Below, in pieces: positions 23,081 through 36,079 of a DNA stretch of 64,000 bases. How positions within the stretch are numbered: the stretch's first letter is position 1; each line of letters begins with the position of its first letter. The translations under genes and the position numbers were made by a program. Source of the DNA: Chiloscyllium plagiosum (lineage: Eukaryota); NCBI RefSeq assembly GCF_004010195.1, contig NC_057719.1, forward strand, positions 15,096,974-15,160,973, read 5' to 3'. The notes under the pieces are model-generated. The model was not told the DNA's origin. It saw only the letters and a program-made list of their open reading frames with translations, and did no database searches.

Positions 23081-24165
23081 GGACAAGCCCTACATGTACA
23101 TCAGATTTGTTCAGATGAGGAGGAACGTGACGGGCACCTGGAATTACTCAGGGATGCCCTCATATGAATGGGGTACGATGGTCAACTCATCGACCGCTAG
23201 TTCCGACGTGCCACAACAAGGAACCGTAATGACCTCCTCAGGAGACAGACACATGCTGCAACCGACTGGGTACCCTTCGTTGTCTAGTACTTCCCAGGAG
23301 CTGAAAAACTACGCCCTGCAACACATTATCAATGAGGATGAGCACCTCGCCAAGACCTTCCCCACAACTCCACCTCCACTGCTCACCTTTAAACAACCGC
23401 CAAACCTCAAACAGATCATTGTTCGTAGCAAACTGCCCGGCTTTCAGGACAACTCCATACAACCCTGTCACGGTAGGCGCTACAAGACGTGTCAGAGTGT
23501 GGACATGTACGTGGCAGGTACTCATGTGACCCAGCCAACGTTCCCTATCTCATACGCTGCAGGTAAGGATGCCCTGAGACTTGGCGAAACCGAGCAAAGG
23601 CTACGACAATGGATGAATGCGCACCGCACAACAATCAACAGACAGCAATGTTCCGTCCCAGTTGGGGAACACTTCAGCGGTCCAGGATATTCGACCTCAG
23701 ACTTTGCTCAAAAACTACATGAATCCATGTAAGACTCTGTGAACTCACTTTTTAGATTAGAATAAGTCTAAACAGTATGGCACAGACAGGGAACACAGGG
23801 GGCTAACACCTTCAACATCTTAACATCTTATCTGGCTGACACCAATTGTTACAGTTAACCTGGGAATGTAACATTTTAAAAATGGTTTTGAGATTTACAT
23901 ATGAAAGAGGTGAAGCTAACATGGTCATTCTAACAGATGAGAGACTCAACAATCAAGGTATTTTTCAATGTATAATTTCAGTTACATCAAACTGTAAACT
24001 TTTGCTATAAATTCTGTGTCTTACAATTGTGTCCCCCACAATCACCTGATGAAGGAGCAACGCTCCGAAAGCCAGTGCTTCCAATTAAACCTGTTGGACT
24101 ATAACCTGGTGTTGTGTGATTTTTAACTTTGTACACCCCAGTCCAATACCAGCATCTCCAAATCA
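23081..24165 (+). mobile_element. Penelope-like element 3' part (RT thumb, linker, GIY-YIG remnant, terminal repeat)
   Basis: GQAL..HQICSDEEERD.HL..L, FKQPPNLKQIIVRSKL, PCH..RYKTC, GETEQRLRQWMNAHR...PVGEHFS. The terminal repeat carries a hammerhead motif at 24043. Confidence 0.93.
24043..24077 (+). ncRNA. Minimal type-I hammerhead motif, probably inactivated
   Basis: CAC-CUGAUGA-A-GGAGC-AAC-GCUCC-GAAA-GC(C)A-GUG. Stems I and II pair perfectly, but the expected U of the UH site (24073) is C. Confidence 0.72.
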
Positions 24166-24257
24166 CGAATTGGATTCAGTTTCTATCCTTGAAATGTGTG
24201 TCAAAGAATGTGAGAAGTTTATTGTACTATTGATAGGTAATGAAATTTCCTGATTGT

Positions 24258-24577
24258 GGGCGGCACGGTGGCACAGTGGTTAGCACTGCTGCCTCACAGC
24301 ACACCCCAGTCCAATACCAGCATCTCCAAATCACGAATTGGATTCAGTTTCTATCCTTGAAATGTGTGTCAAAGAATGTGGGAAGTTTAGTGTACTATTG
24401 ATAGGTAATGAAATTTCCTGATTAGGACAGCAGCAAGACTGAACAAAACACGATGAGAAAAACAAAGTAAAACAAGAAATCACAATTAAGTAGGGTGGGT
24501 TTCGCTTCGGCGGGTCGGTGTGGACTTGTTGGGCCGAAGGGCCTGTTTCCACACTGTAATCTAATCTAATCTAATCT
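24258..24577 (+). mobile_element. HE1 SINE head and tail enclosing a copy of flanking DNA
   Basis: Head 24258-24300, tail 24494-24577; the interior 24301-24493 duplicates both flanks. Confidence 0.92.
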
Positions 24578-24858
24578 AAGACTGAACAAAACACGACGAG
24601 AAAAACAAAGTAAAACAAGAAATCACAATTAAGTAGTGTTAACATTTTGCTTTAAAAATGATAGATTCTGTGTTTATATATCACTGCTACATTAGCAACA
24701 AACAAGGAAAAAAAACACGGGTGGAATGCACCTGGTGACAAGTTGCATGGAGAGTGACAAATCTCGTGGACTGACCCGGTGTCCCCAGGGAACTGAACAT
24801 TAGTGTCCTGGACACCACCACAAGAAATAAGACTCAAAAACACGAGAGTATCTTTCAA

Positions 24859-25078
24859 AACCAAAAACAGAAATTGCTGGAAAAGCTCGGCAGGTCTGGC
24901 AGCATCTGTGGAGAGAAATCAGAGTTAAAGTTTTCGCTCAAGTGACCCTTCCTCAGAACTAGACCCGAAATGTTAACTCTGATTCCCCTCCACAGATGCT
25001 GCCAGACCTGCTGAGCTTTTCCAGCAATTCTTGGTTTTGTTTCTGATTTATAGCATGCACAGTCCTTTCACCTTTTAC
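24859..25078. mobile_element. Palindromic PLE terminal-repeat insertion (family C) with 14-bp TSD
   Basis: Inverted arms meet at hammerhead halves (minus agttctgaggaagggtc; plus gacccgaaatgttaact). TSD agagtat(c/t)tttcaa at 24845-24858 and 25079-25092. Confidence 0.85.
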
Positions 25079-25204
25079 AGAGTATTTTTCAAGATGCATT
25101 CCTTGACAGACAGGGGTTGTTCTCTTTCCTAAACTATGAGAGCCTTTATACCAGGTGACTAATGTTGGGAACATCATAAAATAAGGGAAGACACCTTAGC
25201 CCCA

Positions 25205-25375
25205 GACAGCTGGTCTCTCATGAGCAAGAGATACCCCATGCTGGTTTAACCTGAGGGTCATCTTGTCTCAGGCAAGGGGAGAGGTTGAGAAAGAGGTACC
25301 TTTATGGGAATTGAACCAATATTGGAGCCATCACAATGTTGCAAACCACCCACCCAGCCAACTGAGCTAACCAAT
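25205..25375 (-). mobile_element. Second tRNA-derived SINE family
   Basis: Minus strand ggttagctcagttggctgg...ggttcaattccc...accctcaggttaaacc; related copies at about 37048-37185 and 43258-43780. Confidence 0.72.
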
Positions 25376-28300
25376 ATCCAGCTGTAACAGGTGGATTAAG
25401 GTGAGACATCATATCATGAAACCTCCAGGAATTAATCCAACTAGACGGAGTGACAGTGGCTATTAGTGAGGCATAAAGATCTCAGCTCAGTGTAGAGTGG
25501 GGAAGCAGGTTAGGTTAAGATTGAATGGATATCCAGATGGTGGGGACACTATGAAATAAAAGACATGGATTTCTGACATGTTTGTCCGAGATAGCTCCAA
25601 TTCTCCCAATATTGGCACCTGATATGCAAATGCCCATACATGTGACCAATGTCATTTCAGAATACTATTTATGATTACCTCTCTGTAGAACTATGGCAGA
25701 GGTTGAGGTGAAATGAAGTTCATATAGTCTAGTAGTACCAGTACATGAATATTGCTTAAAAGAGTTACATGCTGCTGATGTTTTGCACACATCAGGACAA
25801 ATGCAAGAATGCAAAATGTTAAAAGATCACAACAATTTATACAAAGGAGATAAGAGTGCTGATTGGCTGAGTCATTGCCATTTAGTGACCAATCCTGAGT
25901 GCGCTAAATGGCTAGATTAACAATTAATCTAAGATAATCAGTTGAGATAGTAATATGACTTATTTATACCTTCTAGATGCAAGCTACATTCCTACACAAA
26001 GAACCATTCTCTGTAAAGAAAAGGAAATAATTTTAAGCCATGCATTTTTTTTGAATTACCTGGAAGCTTGGGGAGCCAATGGTTTTCCACTTCTTCCCCC
26101 CCACCCTCCCCATCAATGTCTCCTTTGAAATTCGGCATTCTTGCACTTCTCCTGAAGAGTACAATCTTGGCAATGTGTCTTTCTATTCACCAACACATTT
26201 ATTGCTTGATGGCCCTGACATTGCAGAAAACCAGTCACTTTCCTGACAATAGTAGCCCTGCATCGTCAAAGAGCCACAGTCATCCCTTCAAAGTGACTTG
26301 CAAATAGTCAGGGAATTGCATAATAACATTCTTAGAAATTGCGTTCGCCTTAAAATAATGTTTTCCTTTCTACAAAGTTTATTTTTGAAAAAAACTAACA
26401 TCAAAATGTGTAACAGTCATTTGTGGTGAACCAGATGTGCCATCTGCTCTTGCTCAAATGTTCCTAAACAATCAACTTGGTGGGTTCAAAGTTGCATTTT
26501 GGAACACATTACTCGCAAACCTCCTCTGTGTTCACACATTTAAACATAAATATAGCAGAATTAGAAATCATTATATAATAATTATATATTATTTTCACAG
26601 GGAAATTGCTGGAATGGTACCCTATTATTGACCCTATTGCAGGGGAAAACTCTTTCTAACACCACAGACTGATAATAATTAAATTCAGAAATGGTTATTA
26701 AAGTCTTATCATCAAATTCTCACTGCGTTATGTTATAGTCCGCACTGCTTATAAAAGGCTCAAGGAAATCAAAGTCATATATCTATGTTCAATTTGAAGC
26801 TGAAGATCTGGTAAACGTAGAGCTGTGATAGGGGAAAATAGTGAACAATGAGAGAAGCCAAATAAATTGAGTTCACAACTGAAAGTCAAGCAAGAAGCTA
26901 ATGCAGAAAATATGCACTATGATAAAAACATCACTAATGCAAATACCCGTCAGTCTGGAGATGCATGCATAGGGTACATCAATCACATCAATGAGCCTTT
27001 GTTAGGCTGTTTTTACACTATGCAAGGCCAAAGCTTACACTGTTACTTCTCAGCAAGCTGCGCCCAAAAGGTAAACATTTTCTAAGGTCACATACCAACA
27101 AGACCCCAAATACAGGTCTCACTGACTGATGGTCTTTGTGAATATCTTAGTAGATCTTTAGATTCAAGCTGGCTGCACTAGGACCCATGGGTCAACAGCC
27201 AGTGGTGCGCTCACTGGTCTCATACAATATGAAAGGAGCTTGAGAAGCAGGGAGAAATACTTTCCTCTGTTTTGACTAAATTTACTGAAAGCTATGGAGA
27301 CACTTATAGACAATAGAGTTCTTCATTTAGATGGCACTAACTCACCATCTGTCTTTAACATTACTCAGAGGAAAAATGAACCAAAAAAAATTAATTAACA
27401 GTGAGAGAAAGGCTAATCATGTGAAAAATGGTTGAAGTAAATCAAAAAATGCTGCAGTTAAATTCCAGTCAGGATTGTAACTCATGGTGTACAAACTGGC
27501 TTAAGTAAAGGACACAAAATTAAAGTAATTGGCAAAATAGCACAGAGATAGGGTGATAATTTATTTTTAGTATTGAGTATTCTGTCTGAAAGGGTAGTGG
27601 GAACGATTTCAATAGTAACTTTCAAAAGGGGTTTGGCTGTGTGCTTGTATATACACAATGGGCTGAATTACCTTATGTTCTATAACATTGTTTCATAAAC
27701 TCGTTTTCAAGTGTGGTCAAAGTACATACCTGTTGGAACGTGGTCTGATTAAGTGAAATAAAATAGGCCGCCCACCAGTTCTGTTCGTGTTGTTCAGGTG
27801 GACTTAGGCAGCAGGAATTTGTGACGACTATAATCAGAAACTCAAGCCCAGACTTGTCTGGGTACTGCTGCCTATAATGACGAACAAGTTACAAATAGTG
27901 ACATATTTCTATCTAGTTTCTGTGTGGTGTTAACAATAGTATTAACAACAGTCACAATATGTCAAGGTTTCTTTTTAAATCTGAAGTCACAGAAATGTTG
28001 TCCAGGTTATGTTGAGAAATAGAATGATTCCGTGCCCCATTTACATACACACAGTAACAAACCAAGCCCTGGGAAACTAAACTGCGAGTGCACAACAGAA
28101 TGCAATGCTAAATGGGCAAAAGTCCAGAACATTGGATGACGATCACTTCTTTTGAATCATTTGCATTGACTTTACTTCTAATTATTGGCAATAATTGATT
28201 GAATAACCTGCTTTATTGTTCGGACATTAAAACGGAGCTTTTCTGCTATCTATGAAAGACTGACCATTCATTGCACAGCTTGTTTCGTCTGCAGGGAAAG

Positions 28301-28459
28301 CATGTCACCTGGGAGAAACCCCAAACCAGTAGCAAGTTGGGTAGAATCCACATCCCAAAAACGTGACCATAAGATAAATAATGTGAAATTAGAGATGATG
28401 GAATCAAAGAGAACTACACCGTAGCCCACTTGGCTGGCTTGCAAACCTTCAGCTTTGTA

Positions 28460-29015
28460 ACCTAAACTCATCCAAAACTCTACTGCCTGCATCCTAACTC
28501 ATGGCCCCTGTACATGCCACCCTCCATTCACTCAAATTAAGCCTCAAATTAAAACTTTCATCGTTATGTTTCAACCTTATTCATTGACTTCCTTGTAAAC
28601 ACCTCCAGCTCAATAACCATCCTTCAAATCTGTGTTCTTTCAACTCTTTAGTATTCATTGTTCCATTATTAGCATCTTTGCCTTCCACTTTTGTATATTA
28701 AAATACTAGATTGCATGGGCTACATACTTAATCAGCATGATACAATCTAAGAGCTGACATTACTTGTCTAAACATTTTTTAACTCTTTACCTCTCTCACT
28801 TCCTTTGAGAGAGCCCTTAAAACCTAACCTTTAATCAGGTAAAAACACAATACTTCTAATGTTGGAACGCTGAAACAAACACAGGGATTGCTGGAGAAAC
28901 TCAGCAGGTCTGGCAGCGTCTGTGGAGAGAGAAACAGAGTTAACACTTTAAAACTGAAGATAAGTCAGACCAGACTCGAAATATGCTTGTTTCTTTAATC
29001 AGGTTTTTGGTCACC
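28460..29015 (+). mobile_element. Decayed L2 LINE 3' region, interrupted
   Basis: LIQNSTACILT (L2 LQLIQNAAARLL-like) and ccttaaaacc...tttaatcagg. Confidence 0.6.
28841..28992. mobile_element. PLE terminal-repeat insertion (family C) with 12-bp TSD
   Basis: Minus repeat followed by plus ctgaaga..aagtc..gactcgaaa. ctttaatcaggt at 28829-28840 and 28993-29004. Confidence 0.82.
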
Positions 29016-29164
29016 TCTCTGCCACAGACGATTTTAGATTGTTCCTTTGTTATTTCCCAGTGCTTGGTATATTTGTATATGCACATATGAATTTTCTTAC
29101 CCATTGCATATTTAACTTAATTCTCAATAACTTAGCACCAAGATTGTAATTTGAAATGAAGCAG

Positions 29165-29790
29165 TTATAGAGCCATAAAGTTGTACAGCACCGAAACAGA
29201 CCCTTCAATCCAACTCATTCATACAGACCAGATATCCTAAATTAATCTAGTCTCATTTGCCAGTATTTGATCCATATCCCACTAAACCCTTCCTATTTAT
29301 ACACCCACCCAACTGCCTTTTAAATTTGTAATTGCACCAGCCTCCACCACTTCGTCTGGCAGTTCCTTCCATATATGCATCACCCTCTGTGTGAAAAAGT
29401 TGCCCCTTAGGTCCCTTTTAAACCTATGCCCTCCAGGTTTGGACTCCCCTGTCCTAGGAAAAAGACCTTGTTGCTTCACCCTATCGATGACCCTCTTGAT
29501 TTTATAAACCTCTAAAATAAGGTCACCCCTTAACCTCCAATGTTCCAGGGAAAATATCCCCAAGTCTTATCAGAAGTGACTTCTGACTTCTTCACTATCC
29601 TATCTACCTGTGACTCCACCTTCGAGGAACTGTGAGCTTGCACTCCAAGTTCTCTTTGTTTAGCAACACACCCCAGCATTAAGTGTATACGTCCTGCCCT
29701 GATTTGCCCTATCAAAATGTAACATCTCATGTTTATCTAAATTGAACTCAACTCCTTGGCCCATCAGCCCATCTAATCAAGGTCCCATTG
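29165..29790 (-). mobile_element. CR1 3' fragment
   Basis: FSLEHWRLRGDLI, FFTQRVMHIWKELP and QRELGVQAHSS. Confidence 0.9.
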
Positions 29791-31018
29791 ATAACCTTAT
29801 TTCCCACACACCTACCCCATACCTCAAGAAAAATGTGGCATCTCACTTATACAACTCACACGCACAGCCACACACAAACAAAAGAGACAGTAAAAAGTAA
29901 AACAATAATTGCAAACGTGGAGTTTAACTCAGCCTGTGTTTTGCAGCAGGCCTGTTGTTCCTGAGTTGAATTGTTACTATGACTGAAGTAACTTAATCAG
30001 CAGTCTGGATCATTGACCTGTTGTGACAGTAGCCAAAACCTTTTGATTTCTGGCAAGATAAATTCATATTTACAAAATGAAGATGTCAAGGAACTTTGTT
30101 TATCCCCATTCTTAACTCACAATAAATCCGAATCAAAGGTTAATGTTGTCCTTTTTAGAGATAAGACAATATGATCCACAAAACTGCCTAGTAACCCTCA
30201 AGAAGCCATCTTGATTTTCAGCCTTTCACAGAATCCCTACAGTGTGGAAGCAGCCATTCAGCCCATTGAGTTCACATCAACTCTCCGAAGAGCATCCCAC
30301 TGAGTCCAAATCTTTACCCTACCATATCAGTACTGGTTTGACACCACTTTATGTGGTTTGGTGCCAAAAGTAGATTGGTAACAGCACTATCTCATAGATT
30401 AGAATGTATTACTACATTGAAGATGCTATACAAATGAAAGCGATGTATGTTGCTGGTTCACTGTGTAATAAAGCAGTAGAGGCAGCAGTTAATAATATTT
30501 CCTGGAAATGGGCAAGTTGACTCATATAATCATCTTCCCCATTGTATCAACCAGCATCATGGTTTCTCATGTACTAGGGCTCTATATACCTGGTTCCAGC
30601 CAGTGAACAGTCGAAAACAGAAAATGATTCTCATGGAATCTGACCACCAGAGTAAAAACAGGGTGAACTCCACAGAAGAAGCAGCCTTAAGCAATGTGGT
30701 AGAACTGACAGAATCAACGCTGGAAAACACATTGACTGAAGTCGAGTGCCAAATTAAGTTCCTGAAGTGTTGAGTGGATGATCCATCTCAGCCACGTCCA
30801 GTGAGCTCCAGCATCACAGATGCCAGTTTTCAGCCAATTCAATTCACTCCACTTGGTATCAATAAACAGTTGGAGGCACTGGATGCCGCTGAGACTATGG
30901 GCCCTGACAACATTCTGGGAAAACTACTGAAGACCTGTATTCCACAACTTTCCACACCCCTAGCCATGTTGTTCCAGCACAGCTACAACACAGACACCTA
31001 CTCAACAATATGGAAAAT

Positions 31019-31338
31019 TAGGTTAGATTACTTGCAGTGTGGAAACAGGCCCTTCAGCTCAACAAGTCTACACCGACCCTCTGAAGAGCAACCCACCCAT
31101 ACCCATTCCCCTACATTTACCCCTTCACCTAACACTACGGGCAATTTAGCATGGCCCATTCACCTAACCTGCACATTTTTTGGACTGTGGGATGAAACCG
31201 GAGCACCCAGGAGGAAACCCACGCAGACACGGGGAGAATGTGCAAACTCCACACAGACAATTGCCTGAGGCGGGAATTGAACCCAGGTCTCTGGCACTGT
31301 GAGTCAGCAGTGCTAACCACTGTGCCACCGTGCCGCCC
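31019..31338 (-). mobile_element. Full-length HE1 SINE
   Basis: Near-identical to 10118-10426. Confidence 0.95.
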
Positions 31339-31615
31339 ACTTTTCCAAGTCTGTCCTGTACACAAAAAAGCTGGACTGATTCAACCTGGTAAATTACTAT
31401 CCCGTCAGTCTCCACTCGATCATCAGTAAAGTGATGGAAGAGTACTTTATCAGTGCTATCAAAGAGCATGTCTTCAGCAAATAACTTGCTCACTGACACC
31501 CAATTTGAGGTGCATTAGGGCCACTCAGCACTTGATTTCATTTCAACTTGTTGCAAACGTGGCTAATGGAGCTTAATTCCAGAGGTGAGGTGACAGTAAC
31601 TGTCCTTGACATCAA

Positions 31616-31814
31616 AAGTAGGCCAACAGGAGGGTGGAAGAACACAGCAAGTCAGACAGCATCAGGAGGGGGAAAAGTCAACATTTCAGTTATAACTCTT
31701 CTTTAGGACTGGAATTAACTTCTCCACCTCCTGATACTGCCTGGATTGTTGTGTTCTTCCAGCCTCCTATGTGCCTACTTTGGATTCCAACATCTACAGT
31801 TTCTTTTGACTCTA
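31616..31814. mobile_element. Palindromic PLE terminal-repeat insertion (family D) with about 14-bp TSD
   Basis: Inverted arms (ggaagaacacagcaa..gcatcaggagg / cctcctgatactgcc..gtgttcttcc). Decayed hammerhead on minus 31676-31710 with stem I agtc/gact. TSD gtccttga(c/a)a(t/a)caa at 31602-31615 and 31815-31828. Confidence 0.78.
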
Positions 31815-33889
31815 GTCCTTGAAAACAATGCCACAATTGACTAAGTGTGATATCAAGGAATCCAGTGAAATTAGAGCCAATGGGAATCAGGATGCAGAGG
31901 TGGGGGGAGAAGGGGGAGCTCTCGGTATTTGGAGTATGCAAGTTGCAAAGCAAAACAGCTGTAGTGAGTAACTCCCCTCCTGATTCCCCAAAACCTGTTA
32001 GCCATCTACATGACACAAATCAGGAATGTCATGGAATACTGTCCACTTGCCTGGATGGGTGCAGCGCCAACAACACTCAAGAAGCTTGACATTATCCAGG
32101 ACAAAGCAGCCCGCTTGATTTGCATCACTGCCACAAACATCCAGTCCCTTTACTACCGACACTCAGCAACGGCAGGATGCACTGCAGAGATTCATCAAAG
32201 CTCCTTGGACTGAACTTTCCAAATTCAAAACCACTGCCATGTAGAAGGACAAGGGCAACAAACATATAGGAATGCCATCATCTGCGGGTTCCCCTCCAAG
32301 CGACTCACCATCCTTACTTGGAAATCTATCACTGTTGCTGGGTCAGGAACCTAGAACTCCCTTGCAAACAGCATTGAGGGGATACCTACATGAAATAGAC
32401 TTCAGGGATTCAAGAAGGCAGCTCATCATTACCTTCTTGAAGGGATCTGGAGATGAGCAATAAACGCTAGCCCAGGCAACAAAGCCCACACCCATGAATG
32501 AATTAGAAAATTACTGGAAAGTGCTAAGAAGATCACCTGCTGAAGCAGTTTAGTTCTGAAATCTGGCACCATTTTGAAACACTAACCTCCCATTTCCTCT
32601 TGGAATGCAAAGAGGTTAATGGGGGTGCAAACTCATGAATAATTTAGCCCTAGAATGGATGCATAGAGTCGGAAGCAATTGAGACACTGGACAGATGTTG
32701 TTCTATGGCGTCGTTCACTGGCAGCAATGAGTCATTGATGGCAATCCCTTTCAAAGGTAACAAAAGTTCTATTTCCATGTTGAGTCGATGAAAAGTGAAC
32801 TCTAATTAATTGCCAGTAACAATCAGAAGTTCAGGACCTTAGAGTAAGCTGAAGATTCAAAATAGTCCATGAGAATACTGTAAAAGAACTCGAATGACGG
32901 AGAAATCTGGAAGGCCTAAATGATTTCCCCCATTCCTGCATTCTTATGTTCTTAGGTTTTTAAATGATACCATCTGTAATGGCACAGAAATAACGTTTTA
33001 GATGCAATATTGTTGAACTATAAAATGTTTCAAAATGTTAACACTACGATGCTTTGTTCATATGCAATTGGTGAAGAATGTGTAGCAATTGTTCCAATTT
33101 ACTTTACAATCGTGCTGTTGTTTCAACAACCCAATGTAGCAGCAAATGGTAGTCAAGGTGCTGCTTTCCTCCTTTCCAATGGAGCCCAGCCTGCTACTGT
33201 TCCAGATCACTGGTTACCACAGAGACTTTTACAGAAATTATTTTTCATGGGCTGTTTATGAGCCATGGAAATGAAATCATTAACCTGGCCAATTCTGACT
33301 TGTAGATTACTTCAAGCAGTGAGTCGCTGGGTTCATGAAAAGCCTACTAAGGGAAAGAAAAGATAAAAATATTCTTACCTCTATCTCCTCCAAAACTCTC
33401 ATATTCAAGCAGTAAGGCAATTGGTGCAACAAGATAACAGTTTTGGGTGTTAGCCCAGAATGAGTATCAATACTGCGTTAAGGAATTGTCAAACTGCTTA
33501 TCTCATGAATGCTGGTGATGTATTTACAAACTGACTTAACTACATGGGTTTCCAATCCTGAATCTAATTTGGCCCAGCTACCTTAAAGCCACATTTGTTA
33601 AAACAGAGGTCATGTTTTCCAACACAAATAAGATACAGGCTGCAAAACTGTGTATAAACAGAAACATAAAGACTGGTATGTTATAGACAGATGAACAAAG
33701 GTAGCAGCATTGTTGTGCTGAGAAAGGAACTGAGACTACAGTGTGCTCAACAGAGATTGGCATAGATAGCTACACTTCTGAAGAAGAGTGGTACTGGACT
33801 TGTAGCATTTCTAGTCTCATTTAGATCAGACTGGGTCAGGATGCCAGATTTCCTAAAGTATGCTTGCAAACTAAGTAGGATTTTACAAT

Positions 33890-34150
33890 AATTGCAAAAT
33901 ATGGCAGATCCTGGCAATTTGAAATAAACCAGAAAGTGCTGGAGAAACTCAGCAGGTTTGACAGCATCTGTGGAGAGTGAAACAATGTTAATTGTTCCAA
34001 GTATATACCATTCTTATTCAGACTGAGGATCATATTGGATCCCAACCATTAACTCTGTTTCTGCCTCCACAGATTCTACCAGACCTGCTGAGCTTCCCCA
34101 GCATTCTAAGATTGGTTCAGATTTCCAGAATCAGCAGATTTTTTTCGCTT
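33890..34150. mobile_element. Old palindromic PLE terminal-repeat insertion (family C)
   Basis: gctggagaaactcagcaggt..gcatctgtggag is mirrored by ctccacagattctaccagacctgctgagcttccccagc. Confidence 0.75.
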
Positions 34151-34169
34151 TAGTTCTACAGTTAGCTAA

Positions 34170-34790
34170 ATCCTGACATCTACCTGACAATGTGGAAAAC
34201 TGCCCAGGATGGCATGGTGGCTCAGTGGTTAGCACTGCTGCCTCATAGTACCAGGGACCCAGGTTCAATTCCCACCTCGGGCAACTGTCTGTGTGGAGTT
34301 TGCACATTCTCCCCGTGTCAGCGTGGGTTTCCTCTGGGTGCTCCAGTTTCCTCCCACAATCTAAAAGATGTGCAGGTCAGGTGAATTGGCCATGCTGAAT
34401 TGCCTGTAGTGTTAGGTGGATTAGTCAGGGGTAGAAGTAGGGGAATGGTTCTGGGTGCGTTGCTCTTCGAAGCGTTAGTGCAGACTTGTTGGGCCGAAGG
34501 GCCTGTTTCCACACTGTAGGTAATCTAATCTAATATGTCCTGTACACAAAAAGGAGGACAAATCCAAAATGGCCAATCCAAAATTTTTATATTTTCTTTC
34601 CCTTAGTACTCTCGATCATCAGTAAAGTGATGGCAGGTGTCATCAACAGCACCCGCTCAGTGAGACCCAGTTTGGGTTCCACCAGGGCTGCACAGCTCCT
34701 GACCCCATTACAGTCTTGGTTCAAGCATGAACAAAAAGCTGAATTCCAGAGGTGAGAGTCACAGTCTTTGACATCAAGGCCACATTCAAG
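34170..34790 (+). mobile_element. LINE family B RT fragment with nested HE1 SINE (34207-34533, +)
   Basis: acaatgtggaaaactgcccagg|SINE|tatgtcctgtacacaaaaagg; gagacccagtttgggttccaccaggg. Confidence 0.88.
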
Positions 34791-35425
34791 AGTACAACGG
34801 GATTTTGATCAGATAGGTCGGACAGTGGCAGTTGGAGTTTAATAGAGATAAATGTGAAATGTTGCACTTTGGTAAGGCAAACCAGGTCAGGACACATACA
34901 CCTAATGATAAGGTCCTGGGGAGTGATGCCACACAAAGAGACCTTGAGGAACAGGTTCATAGTTCTTTGAAGGTGGAGCCACATGTGGACAGGATGGTGA
35001 AGGTGTGTGGTATGCTTGTCTTTATTGGTCAGTGCATTGAATATAGGAGTTGGGATGTCATGTTACAGCTGCACAGGACATTGGTTAGGCTACTTTTGGA
35101 ATACTGCATTCAATTCTGGTCTTCTCCCTGATACAAGAAAAGATGTAGTTAAACTTGAAAGGATTTCCATACCTCCAAAGAACATCCCACCCAACTGACA
35201 CCCTAACCCTGCAAACTCCACATTTCCCATGGCTAAAGCTTGCACATCTCTGGACATTACAGAGCAAGTTAAGCAGTTCACCTAACCTGCACATCTTTGG
35301 ACCTCAGTAGGAAACCCACACAGACACAGGAGAATGTGCAAACACCACAAAGAGTCACCCGAGGCTCGAATTGAACCTGGGTCCCTGTACTGTGAGGCAG
35401 CAATGCTCACCACTGAGCCTGCCCA
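34790..35425. mobile_element. CR1 fragment (+, to about 35165) followed by an HE1-related SINE (-)
   Basis: EFNRDKCEMLHFGK...LEYCIQFWS, then cacctaacctgcacatctttggac...tgtgaggcagca. Confidence 0.88.
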
Positions 35426-36079
35426 AATGTCTGAAGTGTGTGATTCTAACTTGGTGTCAGAGGCATTTGCAAAGGATCTTGGGCAATGTGGAATACACAT
35501 TGGAAGTTTAAACCTTCCAGGAAAGTTCACCAAAGGTTAATATGTCAGAACTTCCATGGATTCCCAATGCATATCTTGAGCAGTATGTCCAGACTAGAAG
35601 ATTTGAATCATTATTTCACAAAATTCTTTTCTCAGTGCAAACGAGTAAAATGCAAATGCGAATAGTGTTGAATTGACGACAAATGCTTCTTTTTTAAAAA
35701 ATGTAGCCTTAAGTGTTGTAAGTTTCAAATGTTACACATGGAATTCCAGGTCCTTAAACTAACATTTAGTTAGAAACAGATCAAACCGCTCAGCAGCCAA
35801 ATGAAACACAAGGTAGTTTACTGAACTTTGCAGATGACCCCTGGAGCATTAATCACCAATCAAGACAGCTCTTAAAATATCCCGCAGGTGTGCATTAGCA
35901 AGGCAAGATCACTGAGCAGGAGCTCAAGCCCCCAAAAGCATTGGAAGAATGCACAGAGCACAGCAGGTCTCTTACACCCAATGTGGCTACAAAAAGAACA
36001 AATTGTTACTGTCATCTCATTGCAAATCACACTCCCACTCCCTTCCCTCACCTCCAGCTTGTCTCATGGCCACTCTTCT

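Larger units (their letters stand above)
30745..32505 (+). mobile_element. LINE family B, RT start to 3' end, internally deleted, with nested SINE and PLE
   Basis: MGPDNI...LKTC.PQLSTPLAMLFQHSY...WK, NYYPVS..SIISKVME, MEYCPLAWMGAAPTTLKKLDIIQDKAARLI. Confidence 0.9.

Noticed and set aside
23061..23732. 223-aa ORF as a functional or domesticated gene
   Set aside because: Frameshifted PLE remnant; the first part is out of the ancestral frame and the GIY-YIG motif is disrupted.
25400..28450. Long repeat-poor stretches (also about 54700-56340 and 61500-63050) as hidden genes or enhancers
   Set aside because: No recognisable ORF, RNA structure or motif; only cross-species conservation analysis could decide.
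30590..30719. Possible 130-nt minus-strand exon
   Set aside because: Weak donor (GTATAT), unrecognised peptide, and phase not compatible with the nearest candidate exon; within chance expectation.
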